The notes: a model not told the origin generated them from the letters alone. A DNA stretch of 64,000 nt from Patellaria atrata CBS 101060 (GCA_010093705.1 MU006105.1:225960-289959); one strand, 5' to 3'; counted from the stretch's first letter, positions 10,466 through 23,548 are shown. Numbers and translations are program-made.

Positions 10466-13136
10466 ATGTCTGGAGGCGGGCAGGATGCGAAGCTCTTTGC
10501 CAGGGTACGTCCATTTCGCTTTTCCTTTACCATCTACATATCCTAGAAAGACAGAAGAAGGGACGAGAGCACAGTTGCACTGTTGCGCTGCTACACACAC
10601 TGCCTATTTGAGGGGACAGAGTCGCACAGTACACTTGAGAGAGCTCTATGAGTGTGACATCGCCTTTGCAGCGGTGGCTACAATTGCGCTGCTTCTCGTT
10701 CACTCTCCCTCGTGGGCTGTTCTGTAGATGGCAGCAATCATGTTCCTCCCTACCTTCGCATACGAAAATCCACGCTTACATCCCGTTCGCACCTCACAGG
10801 GAAAAGTGGCGGAGCTACGGCAGGAGCTTGCGTCTGGCGGCAAGAAAGATAAAAACCACTCGGCGAAGAAGATCGCGCTGAAGAAGGTGGTTGCGAATAT
10901 GACGATGAGCAATAATGATATGGTAGCGCTGTTTCCGGATATCGTCAATTGCATGCATATTGCGAGTTTAGAGATCAAGAAGATGTGCGTATTGAGGAAT
11001 GGAAGGGGAAAAGAGTGGAGGTAGTGGAGACGTTGAAGGGATAGACACTGACGGGATGTTAGGTGCTTTTTATATTTAGTTAATTATGCGAGGATGAAGC
11101 CGGAGATCGCACTTAAAGCGTTATCGATCATCGTAAATGTAGGTTGTCTCATCATTGAAGCTTGGATATGTATTGACACGGAAATATAGGATTTGGAAGA
11201 TCAGAATCCTCTCGTCAGAGCGCTCGCCCTACGAACGATGTCATATATCCATGTCCGAGAATTTGTGACCGCCACAGTTTCCCCCCTTAAACACTTACTC
11301 AAGGACACAGATCCCTATGTCAGGAAAACTGCTGCGTTCTGCGTTGCTAAGCTATACGACCACGATCGAGCTCTAGTTGAGAATTCGGACCTCATCGACC
11401 GATTGAATAGTATGCTCAGAGATGAGAATCCTACCGTCGTTTCAAGCGCTTTGGCTAGTTTGATGGATATCTGGGAACGGAGTGAATCTATCAAGCTTAC
11501 CATTGATTATGCTAGTGCATCGAAAATTGTGCAGATATTACCAGATTGCTCAGAGTGAGTCTACCAATACCACTATCCTATAAGTACTAAGAATTGTAGA
11601 TGGGGGCAAACCTATATCCTAGAAGCAATGATGAATTACGTTCCCCAAGACACAGCAGAAGCAGGACTACTTGCCGAACGAATATCACCCCGACTATCAC
11701 ATTCTAATTCTGCCGTCGTATTAACATGCATTCGGGTAATACTCTATCTAATGAACTACATCTCCGACCAAAAGATTATAGCCTCTTTATGTAATAAACT
11801 CTCGCCTCCTCTCGTTACACTATTATCAAAGGGACCAGAAATACAATATCTCGCTCTGCGAAATGCGCTCCTCATACTCCAACGCCGACCGGAAGTCTTA
11901 AGGAATGATATTCGAGTCTTCTTCTGCAAATATAATGATCCGATTTATGTGAAGGTTACAAAGCTGGAGCTGATCTTTATGCTCGCAACGGAGCGAAACA
12001 TCAAGGAAGTTTTGACAGAGTTGCGAGAGTGAGGCTTCAACCCAAACTTAGGACCCTATTTCGCATCTAATGAGCGTCTACTTAGATACGCAACCGAAAT
12101 CGACGTCGACTTCGTTCGCAAATCCGTCCGCGCAATCGGCAAACTCGCCATCAAAATCGAGCCCGCTGCTCGCCTCTGCATCAACACTCTCCTCGAACTC
12201 GTCGCGACAAAAGTATCCTACATCGTGCAAGAAGCCACGGTCGTCATCCGTAACATCTTTCGCAAATACCCGAACCAATACGAGTCCATCATCTCCACAT
12301 TATGCGAGCACCTAGACTCTCTCGACGAACCCGAAGCCAAAGCAGCCATGATATGGGTAATCGGCCAATACGCCGACCGAATTGACAACTCGGACGTCCT
12401 CCTCGACGACTTCCTCTACTCCTGGCACGAAGAGCCCCACGAAGTCCAACTAGCCCTCCTAACAGCAACAGTCAAACTCTTCATCCAGCGCCCCACAAAG
12501 GGCCAATCCCTCGTCCCCAAGACCCTCAAATGGGCCACAGAGGAAACAGACAACCCCGACCTCCGCGACCGCGGCTACATGTACTGGCGCCTCCTCTCCT
12601 CCGACCCCGCCACCGCTAAGCTCGTCGTCATGGGCGACAAACCCCCCATCACAGCCGAGTCCGAGAAACTCGACCCGAACACCCTCGAGGAAATGTGCCT
12701 CAACGTCGGCACACTCGCGACCGTCTATCTCAAACCAGTCCAGAGCGTCTTTCGCTCCGCGCGGCCCCGTCGTCTCGTCGACTCCCCCGCGCTGCAGAAG
12801 ACTTCCCTCCCCACCTACCAGGCCCGCGAAGCCGCGCAGAGGAAAACAGAACTTGCTGCCCTGCAGACGCACGGCGTCGGTGCGGGCGGCCAGGTCGCGA
12901 GTCCCGCCACCGTGAATGGGGGCGTCCTCGGCGCGAATCAGGCCGCCTGGCAGGCCAATATGGCGGCTAGTCCGGTCGGCAATCCGAACGGGTATTCCAA
13001 CGACCTCAGCGCCGGGGATGCCGCGGATGTGTATTTTGCCGGCGTCGGCGCGCAGGGGATGCAGCATCTGCGGTTGGCGGATGGGAGTCCGGTCGTGAGA
13101 GGAGATGGGGGGAATGGGGATTTATTGCTGTTGTAG
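10466..13136 (+). CDS. APL1: AP-2 adaptor complex beta subunit (beta-adaptin); exons 10466-10504, 10800-10984, 11063-11138, 11190-11554, 11600-12028, 12086-13136
   Basis: [119 protein letters not shown] and [16 protein letters not shown]. The short C-terminus without an appendage domain fits fungal AP-2 beta rather than AP-1 beta. Confidence 0.9.
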
Positions 13137-13645
13137 GGATTAAGCAAGGGGTGGTAGGGAAGTAGTAGGCTTGTCCATCAAGGTGGGAAGGAGGCCGGGA
13201 TAGCAAAAGAAAGTCACTTTTAGTAATCCATCCATGAGGGCGCACAATTAGGTGTATATGTGTAGGCTAGTGTAGGCTTATCCAAATGACCGGGTTTAAT
13301 ATCGACTCATGCACATGCTAAGCAGTGTTGTAAATTCCCTGCATACCAGCTGAGAGGGTATATTACAAGATAAGGTAAATAAAGGTAAAAGGGACTATGC
13401 CGATTTCTAACGCCTTATACTAGACCCAACGAAATATTATCCCGCATTGAGCGGAGATGAAGAGCAATTTTCGGGAGTTATTCTGTACCAGACATCCACA
13501 ACAACTTTTTCCTAGCTATCATTCAATTCGTTTTTTTCGTCCGTACACACATTCACCTGTTGACTCAACCCCATGATGCACATTCCCTTTACCGGATTTG
13601 CTTCACAGGTTTTTGGCTGTTTGAGTAATCGAGAGACATGACTGT

Positions 13646-14719
13646 TTACTGATCGTCTAGCAAGGGTGCTCTTTCCCTGTCTTCGCTGACGATTTCACCG
13701 CTCTTGAATGGACCTCTACCAGTGCTGACGCCAACGGAGGCTAGGAACAGGACAGCCATGATGACGAATGCAAAAATCCATTGGAAAGCAATGATCTTGT
13801 GAAGAAACTGAGTGACACCAATTGCTTTACTATGTCAGTATACAATGTTGGAGCAGAAAGGATTCGAGACCTACCAGCAGACAGAATGCTAAGTTCAAAA
13901 CCCATGGTGTAATCCTTGTAGGCACTGAGGAAGAATCCACCGTACACGAAGATACCCCAGATAAAAATATTGGCCACGATTCTCGCGGGTAGGCTGTGGG
14001 CATGGACTGCTGCAGCACCAACCCAGTACAAGGCAACAAAATTCCAGGCCAATGGACCGGAAACAACGGGAATATGGATGAACCGGGGAGTGGTGGAATG
14101 GCGGAAGTAGGCAGCCGAGAGATTGAAGAAGTTAATGATGACCAAGAGCTCAGCAAGCCAATAGTGAGATCGGACCCAGAGGTGGATGATTCCCATTAAG
14201 AGAAGGTTGTGCGCAATGAAATGAGATCCAACATTAGCTGCAGCGGTAACATAGGTCGTGTTGGAGGAGTATAGATGCCAGACATAGCCAATTTGCATGA
14301 TGAATAGAGCGAGCCTAGTCCTGTTAGCAAATTTTCAACGCATCCAGGAAAGTTACCGAAGTGATTGGCTTTTAGTAGACGAAAAGACCAATGGTTGAAT
14401 GCTCACCAATAGAGACTTGTGATGATTGAGTTCATGGCAAATGGGGTATGTGGTTGGTGCCAGATCTTATGGCGACTGTGTTTGCCCGTGTGGGGAGCAT
14501 TGAACTCATAGTAGAGAGCGGTAACAACGACGATGAGCCATGAGATGACGGTGCCTATCTTGAGAGCGACGACATGGTTCCTGGTGTGTTCATCGCGGCT
14601 CTTGAAGGGATTCACTATGAAGTTGTTAGCAAACCATCAAGGTCATCCGGTGATGTTGAGGCGACCATACAAGAGTGCACACCATCGTGTACTCTATCCA
14701 GAGTCTCGTTCTCAGGCAT
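13646..14719 (-). CDS. DUF1774-like fungal multi-pass membrane protein; exons 14719-14671, 14614-14407, 14314-13875, 13824-13646
   Basis: LNPFKSRDEH..., LFIMQIGYVWHLYS, AAANVGSHFIAHNLL, IHIPVVSGPLAW, YKDYTMGFELSIL, QWIFAFVIM and a C-terminal acidic dileucine-like ERAPLL. Introns have branch sites; the first exon is less certain. Confidence 0.78.
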
Positions 14720-16239
14720 GGTGGTAATAGACAAAGAACGTACTTTTATATGACCACTTGATTTAGTACGTGAGTCTTGTATAGATGTCCGGCGTGATGT
14801 CCTAAGAAAGATGAGAGGTTGTGGGAGAGAAGTGGAGAGAATGAGGGGAAGCGGCAATAAGGTAGGTAGTAATAAGGAAGGTACCTTGGTAGTACTTGAG
14901 GCGCAGGAAGAGGAAGAAGGAAGAGGTTTTAAGTTTTACGGTGTTTCAAGGTCACACCTTCCCTTGTGGTCACACGGCAGGAACTCTCACGTCATAATCC
15001 TCAGTTGCTCCTTCTCGTTTCTTCGCACTTCGTTCAGCCAACTCTCCCCGCATTGACAGGGCTTGGCAGGCAACATAAGCTGAAATTTCAACGTGAGCGC
15101 CACTACAAAACAGATGCATATAGAGACGAAATGGAGTAGAATTTGTGGAAAGTTCTTTAACTGCGAGCATCAGTCTCTCTAGGAACCTTGTGGTTGTGAA
15201 GGCAGCAGCACCAGGTTACGAAGACTTGCAGCAATGCAGGTGTGCAATTTACGGACCTGATTGGCCAGAGCTATAAGCTGATCTAGGAGGATTCGTACAG
15301 TCCAACAACCCCACACTGTAAAGACAGGACTTTCCAACAATAAAAAGACTCTTATATTACCTTGAGGTACGCACCGTAATTCAGTTATCGCTTTTACCTG
15401 CTATAAAGCTACATCTCTATTAAATAAAACTTTCCCCAACGCCATAGTCTCCAGCTTTCATATATTGCCCTATACGATGCTTGGTGTTGATATGTGGAGT
15501 TGATATCTATCCACACACCACTTCAGTACAAAGGGTACATCATGGCGCTTGATCCGCAACTTCTTCTGAAGGTTAATTGTGCCTGCGCAAGTCTGGCCAC
15601 GATATTATTAACCAGTGACAGTCTCCCAATTGCATCTTTACTTGCCATCGTCGATCGACCGTGGTCAGTTGAACATATGCGGGAACTCCTCATTGCGTTT
15701 GGTACCTATCTTCCCATCCTCAAGTCTGCGGTTCTGCATCTTCCTCCTTATGGTCATACTGCGCCTCTTTATCATTTTGAGTGTCCAAATAACTTTATTT
15801 GATCCCGTACTTTGCCCATTCTCTTCCCTTCGTGAATTGAAGACCCCCTTGGTCACTGATCTCTTGGCACTCACTTTAATACTTGTGTATCGTAATTCAA
15901 ACAAACATCTTCACAAGCGTCAAGCGCTATAGTGTCTGCAGAACTTGATGGCAAAAAAGCGCCAAGAGATCGAGAGGTAGTACGACCAGGAGAACCATAA
16001 GTATTATAAGCTCCTTTTTTTGTTGTACACCTACCTAAGTACCTATATCACTCCCGGGAGTCTATGTTTCTCGGAGACACCGTCTTTATAGTACACATGC
16101 TGCAGTCAGAGCCATCCAGAAAGAAGAAGATACCTCAAATTATAATTACAATGCATGGGAGGAGTTGAGTTCTAATCCGATGTTACTCCATGTCCAAACT
16201 CCAGGCCGACAGGATTGCAAAGAGTTCTAAGCTTCCCAA

Positions 16240-16857
16240 TCATGTATTTCCAGCTAAGTAATCTTTAATGACTCTAGCAACCTCTTTCTTCTCAACTGGT
16301 TTTCCATCCAATGAACCCCCGATACCGGTGATCAGCTTCATCAAGCTTCCCATCTCCAACTTGGTACCTTCGGTCTTCAGTTTCTGACCAGCATCTTCTA
16401 CTGCTTTTTTGATCTCTTCTTCGCTGACAGTGTGAACGCTGCCAGCATATCCTTCTAGGATTTTGATCTGACCCTCCTCTTTCTCCACCAAATCTGATCT
16501 TCCCGCTTGCTGAAACTCCTCCGCTGCTGTCCGTGATGCTGATATCCTCTTCTTCAACAATGCTAGCAGAGCCAGATCTGATGTGATAGGTGATGATGTT
16601 TTGGATGCATTGGTGATATCTGCTAATATGGCTCGTAGAACGGAAAGCTGGTTGGTGTTCTTGCTTTTCATAGCGGACTTTAGGTCATTCCTGAGCTGGT
16701 TCAGAAGCGGTGATGACGGAGTTCTGAATTCGGAAAGCCATGCGCGCGTAATTACGAATCGACATGATGGACAGATGTATACGCTCGGGGTAGACAGACG
16801 CGCAAGACGTGATAGACGATGCGCTCTAGCTCTTGCTTCGTTGCGGAAGACGGACAT
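16240..16857 (-). CDS. AIM41: Mitochondrial YqeY/GatB-domain protein (altered inheritance of mitochondria 41)
   Basis: Arg/Ser/Ala-rich presequence followed by LLNQLRNDLKSAMKSKN..LSVLRAILADI and AAEEFQQAGRSDLVEKEEGQIKILEGY. Confidence 0.88.
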   Translation of the reverse strand: MSVFRNEARARAHRLSRLARLSTPSVYICPSCRFVITRAWLSEFRTPSSPLLNQLRNDLKSAMKSKNTNQLSVLRAILADITNASKTSSPITSDLALLALLKKRISASRTAAEEFQQAGRSDLVEKEEGQIKILEGYAGSVHTVSEEEIKKAVEDAGQKLKTEGTKLEMGSLMKLITGIGGSLDGKPVEKKEVARVIKDYLAGNT

Positions 16858-17352
16858 CGTTCGAACGCTATGGACGTTAATGCCGGCGGAAATAAATTGT
16901 TCGTTCCTTTATGGGAGGCTATCTGTTGATATTGTACTTCAAAGCTCGATGCAATTGAATTTCGTTGTAAAGATAGAATTTGATTTCTGCGATGATGAGA
17001 TGAGCTTTTGCGAGAGCTTGAGCTTTGAAGCTCTCGTCCCCCTGCGAAATTTATTTGATGCCAAGACCTGAGTCACGAACATCGCAGAGAGCTCGCGACA
17101 ATCGAAGCGACAATCAACAATAGAGCTTGAAAACATTCCCCATTGGGTGCGCCTTTTCCATTCTTTCGCTCTTTCAAGAGCTTTATATTGAATAATTGTC
17201 TGTTAACGACGTCAACCTCTGTACCTTATGCCTCTACCTCAACTCATCCGAAAAGATAATTCCTTCCATCGATTGCTCTCGCGACTTCTTACAAACCTCC
17301 AACCATCTCGATAGTAATTCCCCATTCCAACTCTAGCCATCACACCTTAACT

Positions 17353-20300
17353 ATGTCTTCCTTCCCCGGCCCAGCGACTCCGCAACGACCTTTACCGGGA
17401 AACTTCATAAGCACACCAGCCGGGACCGCTCGTCCACAGCCACCAGCGTTTCCTCAATACCAACTTGGCCAACCCGCAAGCTCACAAAGTAGCGCGCCAC
17501 AACAGCAACCTCAACAGGTATCGCAACAGAGTAATGGAATAAGCACTAGCACGACGAAGAGTCTGACGCTAGTCGAGCGAGCAGCGCGGACCATAAATGA
17601 GACTTTGGCACAAGATCTGCGGTATCCAGCTCTGGATAATTACCTGTCCCGTAGGCTTGCTCAAATTTGTATCTCGAAAATTGCGCTGACATTTAACTAG
17701 AAGGGATCTCATCTGATTATGATATTCCTAAAGATTCCTCTTGGGCCCCCTTCCAGCAAGTGAAGAGGTATCCCATGCCCGATTCTATTTTGGAACAACA
17801 CAACCAGTCGCAGTTTAGTACACAGATGGGACTGTTTGCGGAACTGAATCATGCTTGGATAGTGATAGATAATGCACTTTACCTTTGGGATTATACCAAC
17901 CCAAACCCGGAACTAGTTGGATTTGAAGAACAACCCCATCAAATTACGGCAGTCAGGCTGGTAAACCCAAAAGAGAAGGTCTTTGTGGATGCGATTAAAC
18001 GTGTCTTGATTGTATCCACCAGTTCAGACATATATTTGGTTGGATTAGGTATCGAAGAAAAGGCCGGAGGAATTCGTGACCTTTCACTTTACCAAACTCG
18101 GATGCAAGTCTCTGTAAAAGGCATGGGTGTACGATGTATCGCTGGTTCCAACAAGACGGGTCGTATATTCTTCTGTGGTACGACCTCAAACGATGTTTTT
18201 GAGCTCACTTATCAACAAGAGGAGAAGTGGTTCGCGAACAGGTGCGGAAAAATAAATCATACCACCAAAGGGTTTACATCGGTCATCCCAACGGTATCAT
18301 TTGGGCAAAAGCCACAGACCGAGTACGTGGTTCAAATGGAGGTAGACGATTCTCGGAGTCTCCTATACACTCTTTCAAACATTTCCACAATCAGGATATT
18401 CCATATGACCACTCCGACAACTTTGGAGCTGGTCATTAACAAAACCTTAGGGGCAATAAAAGTGAATATTGGTCACATGGTTTCACGATCCGAGCTTATC
18501 CAGCGACAGGAGGTGAAGATAGTATCAATGAGCCCCATCTCTGCATCGGAATCACAGCGTTTGAGTCTCATGCTTACAACAAATACCGGCTGTCGCATCT
18601 TTATGAGTTCAACCGCAAGATCGTACTATCCAAATGATGCATCGAGTATTCCCGGTAGCATGCAGGTTCATCACGTCAAATTTCCTCCTTCGGAACAGAA
18701 CTCGGCCCCTTCAAACCAAATAGTGACATATACCAATGGGCAAAATATTAACACAGAGTCACGAGCATTAACTCTTACAGTTAAGAGTTTCCGCTCGGCT
18801 CCAGGTTACTCATTGTTGGTTGTTAAGCGTGGACAGTCACAACCGACCGACACTCTGTTCCTTGTTGCCCCAGATGCTGGTCGCATCGCTCGGCCTCAAG
18901 AACCCTCACTTGTACCGAAATTTGTAGACTTCGGTCAATGGTTGCCCATCAAAGGCGCTTCCGAAGAAGTTCCAAGAGGTCTTCCAGAGGATATGGGAGT
19001 GGTTACCAAGGAGTTCTCAGCTGCTCCAACACCGATGGGGTTTGGCAATGATCTAGCTACACAATTCGATCAAGTGTCAACGGAAATAGCAGTTCTTTAT
19101 AGCGATGGTGTTGAGACTATCCGGCGGCGCAGGTTAGTAGATGTCTTTGCCGCGACTCTCCGCTATGGTCAGCATGAAGAGGGTGTCGAAGGTGAAGTCC
19201 GCACCTTCATCCGCAGATATGGTCGTAGTGAGATAACTGCCACAGCACTAGCTGTCGCATGCGGACAGGGCTCAGACGTGAACCAAGAAGCTCGCGTGGC
19301 AAAGGTCAGTGACGTTGACGTCTTGGAGAATGCCCGCAAGGTCTTCATCGAGTACGGTGGCAAAGCTACAATCAATGAGAACTTGGTAATGGATTCGAAT
19401 GTGTTAAGTATCGACAATGTCCGGCCTTCTCCTCGACACGAAGGCATCGCCTTGTATATGACCCGTCTATTACGGTCAATCTGGAAGTCGAAAATCATAA
19501 CTGAACAATCTACTCCTATCGGTGGCTTGCAAATAAAGCCAACCGTCCCACTACCCAAACTTCAAAGCGTCCAGAGAGACTTGAACGATTTAAAGAGTTT
19601 CCTCGACAAGAACAAATCATTCATTGATGGTCTCAGTGGGCCAGAGGCTCTGGGTAGAGTGACAACAAAGCAAGATGAGATTGCGCTACAAGCAGAGCAT
19701 CGCGCTCTAATCTCTCTTTTAGAACTCCTCAAATGCGTCATCGAGGGTATTTCCTTCGTGCTCGTTCTTTTCGACGAGCGTGTTGATACAATAGTAATGT
19801 CATTGAACGATACAGTACGTCAACGTGTTCGCGAAATGACTTATGAGAACATGTTCAGCGGGAAAGAAGGAAAGGAGCTCACCAAGGAACTCGTGAAAGC
19901 CATTGTCAACCACAACATCGCGAATGGCGCAAATATCGATACCGTGACAGATGCTTTAAAGAGACGTTGTGGTAGCTTCTGCAGTGAGCAAGATACGATC
20001 ATCTTCAAAGCACAGGAGATGTTGAAGAAAGCAACCGAAGCAGGACCGGACTCTGCTAGCGGACGTCGTCATTTGAATGACAGTTTGAAAACTTTTGAAC
20101 ATGTCGCCGAGAGTCTTCCATATGAGATTTTGGCGCAGACTGTCGACAACTACATTGCCATGTCTTTCTTCGCTGGTAAGTAATCCACATGACCAAACTT
20201 GAATTTCACTAATCATCAAAGGCGCCATTCGTTTAACCCTTGAAGTCGCAAAACAGAGTGACAAGGCCAAGAAGGCACTCTCCTGGGTCAAGGATGGGTC

Positions 20301-21635
20301 GCCTGCAAATGATTCAAGAAAGGAAGCCTTCGGAAAGAGAACAAAGTGCTACGACCTTGTTCATAAAGTCATCCAAGCTGTTGATCAAGCAACAAGAGAT
20401 TCGCCAGACACTGTTGACGGTCACCAAACCTTAGCGGCCAAGAGGAAGTCTGAGTCATATACTGAGATCAACCGATCAGAAGATGAACTCTTCCAGACGA
20501 ATCTTTACGATTGGTATCTTGAACAGGGGTGGAGTGAGCGACTGCTAGAGTTAAGTTCACCTTATGTGGTCAATTATTTAGAGAAGAAGTCAGTATCTGA
20601 TGCTGGCCATGCGGACTTGCTCTGGAGATATTTTGCCCACTACCAACAATTCTTCGAAGCAGCTCAAGTCCAATTACAACTTGCCAAAAGTGGCTTCGAT
20701 TTGGACCTTGGGAAGAGGATCGAATATCTTAGTCGAGCGAAGGTCAATGCGGGAACTAGGGCGCCTGGCGTGAATGATCTCAGCTATTCGAGACAATCAA
20801 GACAAGAGGTCAGTCGGGAGATCTCGGATTTACTAGAGTTAGCAACTATCCAGGAAGACATCCTCGATCGCATAAAGAGTGATATCCGGCTTTTCGGTGA
20901 ACAGAAAACAAAGGTGTTGAAACAGCTCGACGGTCCCATTCTCGCTATTGATGATGTTAGTAACTTCCCCGTTCATCCACAACCATTCACTAATATGAAT
21001 TTGTACAGCTCTTCAACTGCTTCGCCGATCAAGCCGGCTACCATGACATTTGCCTCCTCATCTACCAGATCGCCGACCACCGCAATGGTGCCGACATCAA
21101 ATCCACCTGGACAAACTTAATCGAGCAAGCGCACGCTCAAGCGGTCGGGAGCTCCCCCTCGGCATCCTCCGCCAAACCCTGGGAGGTCGTCGCAGACAAA
21201 GTACGCACCATGGGCTCCCGCCTTAACAAATCCGAAACCACATTTCCCGTCCCGGTCCTTTTACCAATGCTCGAAGCCTACGCGCACATTAGCGCCCCCG
21301 GGCAAGGCCCTGCGCATTGGGTGGTAGAAGTGTTTTTGGATGCGGGAGTGGCCCATGAGACGTGCTTTGTTGTGCTAGAGAATATGTTCTATAATGAGGA
21401 ACCACCCTTTCACGGGAGGAATAAGAGGCCGATTTGTAACGACTTGGTATATGTGGCACAGAAGTGGTTGGAGGAAAGTGCGAGAACGGGTCAACAACCT
21501 TTTGGAGGGATGGAGAATGCGGTTGCGGTTAATGAGCTCTTAGGGTTAGTGCTCAGGGACGGAGGTTTGGATCACCAGAGGAGGGAGATTGCGACGGTGC
21601 TTAGAGCGAGGGTGGATGCGATGTTAAGGAGATGA
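17353..21635 (+). CDS. NUP170: Nucleoporin Nup170/Nup157 (Nup155 family); exons 17353-17650, 17701-20175, 20222-20955, 21009-21635
   Basis: MGLFAELNHAWIVIDNALYLWDY, GRIFF, ELTYQQEEKWF..RCGKINHT, VRPSPRHEGIALY, LKRRCGSFCS, LFQTNLYDWY, DLLWRYF and RIEYLSRAK. Three introns restore one continuous frame. Confidence 0.95.
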
Positions 21636-22093
21636 GGGGACTTGAGAACGTGATAATTCGGTTGCTGCATCAACGGCGTTTTATATTGCAAAATAATTGG
21701 CCAGAGGTACTTTTTTATCTGATTCTGGGATTGCCTAGCTGGCGATGGGTTGGGTTGCGTTTAGCGCCGCGTTGGATACAGTTCTTGTAGATAGAGCTTT
21801 AAGAATATGGCTTTATAGATTTGTTATATTTGAATTTGTTTCTTGAACTTGTGATAGGTTTCGATCAGGGGTGTGATATCACGTGGAAGACTGGAGTTGA
21901 TGTTCCGCTTTGGATTCAGGAGGATCTTGAACCTCGCAAGTCAAACTGAATGCATTATCATTAACAACCGTGCCGTTTAAACTCTTATAAACCCATATCT
22001 CCACATACTTATTCAATCCACCTTTCAAGAATCATTCGAACTGATCAATTTTTAGGTCCCAGCAGTAAAGAATCGTTGACTATAGAGACTGGA

Positions 22094-23548
22094 ATGGCGC
22101 GCCGTCCTCTACTCCAGAGGAAGAAGGATTTAGCGTATCTGGTGTTTTTTGCCCATCATCTTGCTAATGCGTTGTGTAAGTCAATTCAATATATCTTTTT
22201 TTATAAATAGTGTTTTCATTTGTTTTCACAGTCCTAATTTTCCACGTTGATGATTTCCGTTGCCTCAATTGCTACTCTATCAAAAAACAGTCTACATTTC
22301 CTAGTCTTTTCAATATTAAATCGAAGATCCGTTTCTTACCAGATCAACACCCGACGCTCTAAATCTATACACTCATTATCCGCTAAACGTACTTATCTCT
22401 CTCAAGGCCGTCTTTCACGCCCTGCTATCCACTTCTAAGGTCTATTTCCATTACTTATTTCTCACGCTTCCCCTATGAACCATCCCACTCCCCATTACCC
22501 GACGCCCAACTAAGTAACCCACTCCTCTCAACCCTTCCACCCCCTCTCGAACCATTTCTCCAATCTCTGATCCCCAAATCTCCCTAATACCTCCACACAG
22601 TAATCGACCTCCAACCCTTCTACCCCGCGCATCTCATACCACCCTGGCTCTCCGCCATCCGCACCAACTACGCTGTCTCTTACGGCGACAGATTCTTGCT
22701 CGATCCGCCGTACGTAGATCCCCACCCCCTCTTCCCACTGTCTCTCTTTAGACAAAGTCTGAGGAAGGTTTGAAGTAGACATGTGCTAACTTGATCTCGG
22801 GGTAGGCCCTGGTTCGTCGCTTACACCTGGGTCGAAGCGCTGTATCACTGTCCGCTGAGCGTGTGGGCAGTTGGTGCTTTGTGGAGGGGTACGTCTGAGT
22901 TCCTTATCCATAGCGCTTCGTCATCACCAATGCGTGCTCTTCTAACTTCCAACCCCCAACCCCGATTTCAAGCGGTCCGTTTCGAAGCTTGGTCGCGGAA
23001 CATCACAAACCAATTCCCCTGACACCCCACTTTCCCTACCGTATCCCCCAGCTACTCGCTATGACACCGACGATGCACACACTAACTCCCTCCTCCAGAC
23101 GACCCCAAAACCCCCCTCCGCCTCCTCCCCTTCGCCCTCCTCATGTCCCTGACCACGTTCACCTGCGTGGTCGAATACCTCGCCTGGCCGGACTTCAGCA
23201 CGAAGCAGAAACTGGATATCTCGATGCTATATGGGCTGTGGTTGTTCATCGGTACGTTTGTTGTCTCATACCATAGCTTATAATCTCCTCTACATCGTAC
23301 TGTGCTCTTGATAGAAATGATTGGGTCATCCTCGCCCCTCCCATCGCTATCGCAACAGCCCGCAAGCTCGATATCCCTCACCCATCTGAATCCAACGGGT
23401 GCTGCTATCCTTCTTCTATGCTGTCCTGCGTGCAGATACACTAACCCCCACCTCGCTAGGCGTCTTCATGACCCTCGACATGTTCAAACGTCTCGATTCT
23501 ACCATCACTCGATTCAACAAACTGGATGCGGGGAAGAAAACTTTGTGA
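22094..23548 (+). CDS. EXPERA-domain (TMEM97/Ema19-like) ER membrane protein; exons 22094-22175, 22601-22719, 22806-22888, 23099-23251, 23460-23548
   Basis: Not resolved by the ORF track. Splicing gives MARRPLLQRKKDLAYLVFF..LIDLQPFYP..YGDRFLLDPPPWFVAYTWVEALYHCPLSVWAVGALWRDDPK..TTFTCVVEY..MTLDMFKRL..GKKTL*, ending in a KKxx ER-retrieval signal. Confidence 0.85.

Noticed and set aside
12459..13067. 202-aa antisense ORF over AP-2 beta (and similar shadows over GLO3, AIM41 and the lyase)
   Set aside because: Explained by GC-rich codons on the real coding strand; the translations have no recognisable motifs.
21540..21549. Telomere-like TTAGGGTTAG (also 9-mers near 28303 and 29723)
   Set aside because: Under two units, within or next to coding sequence, and expected by chance.
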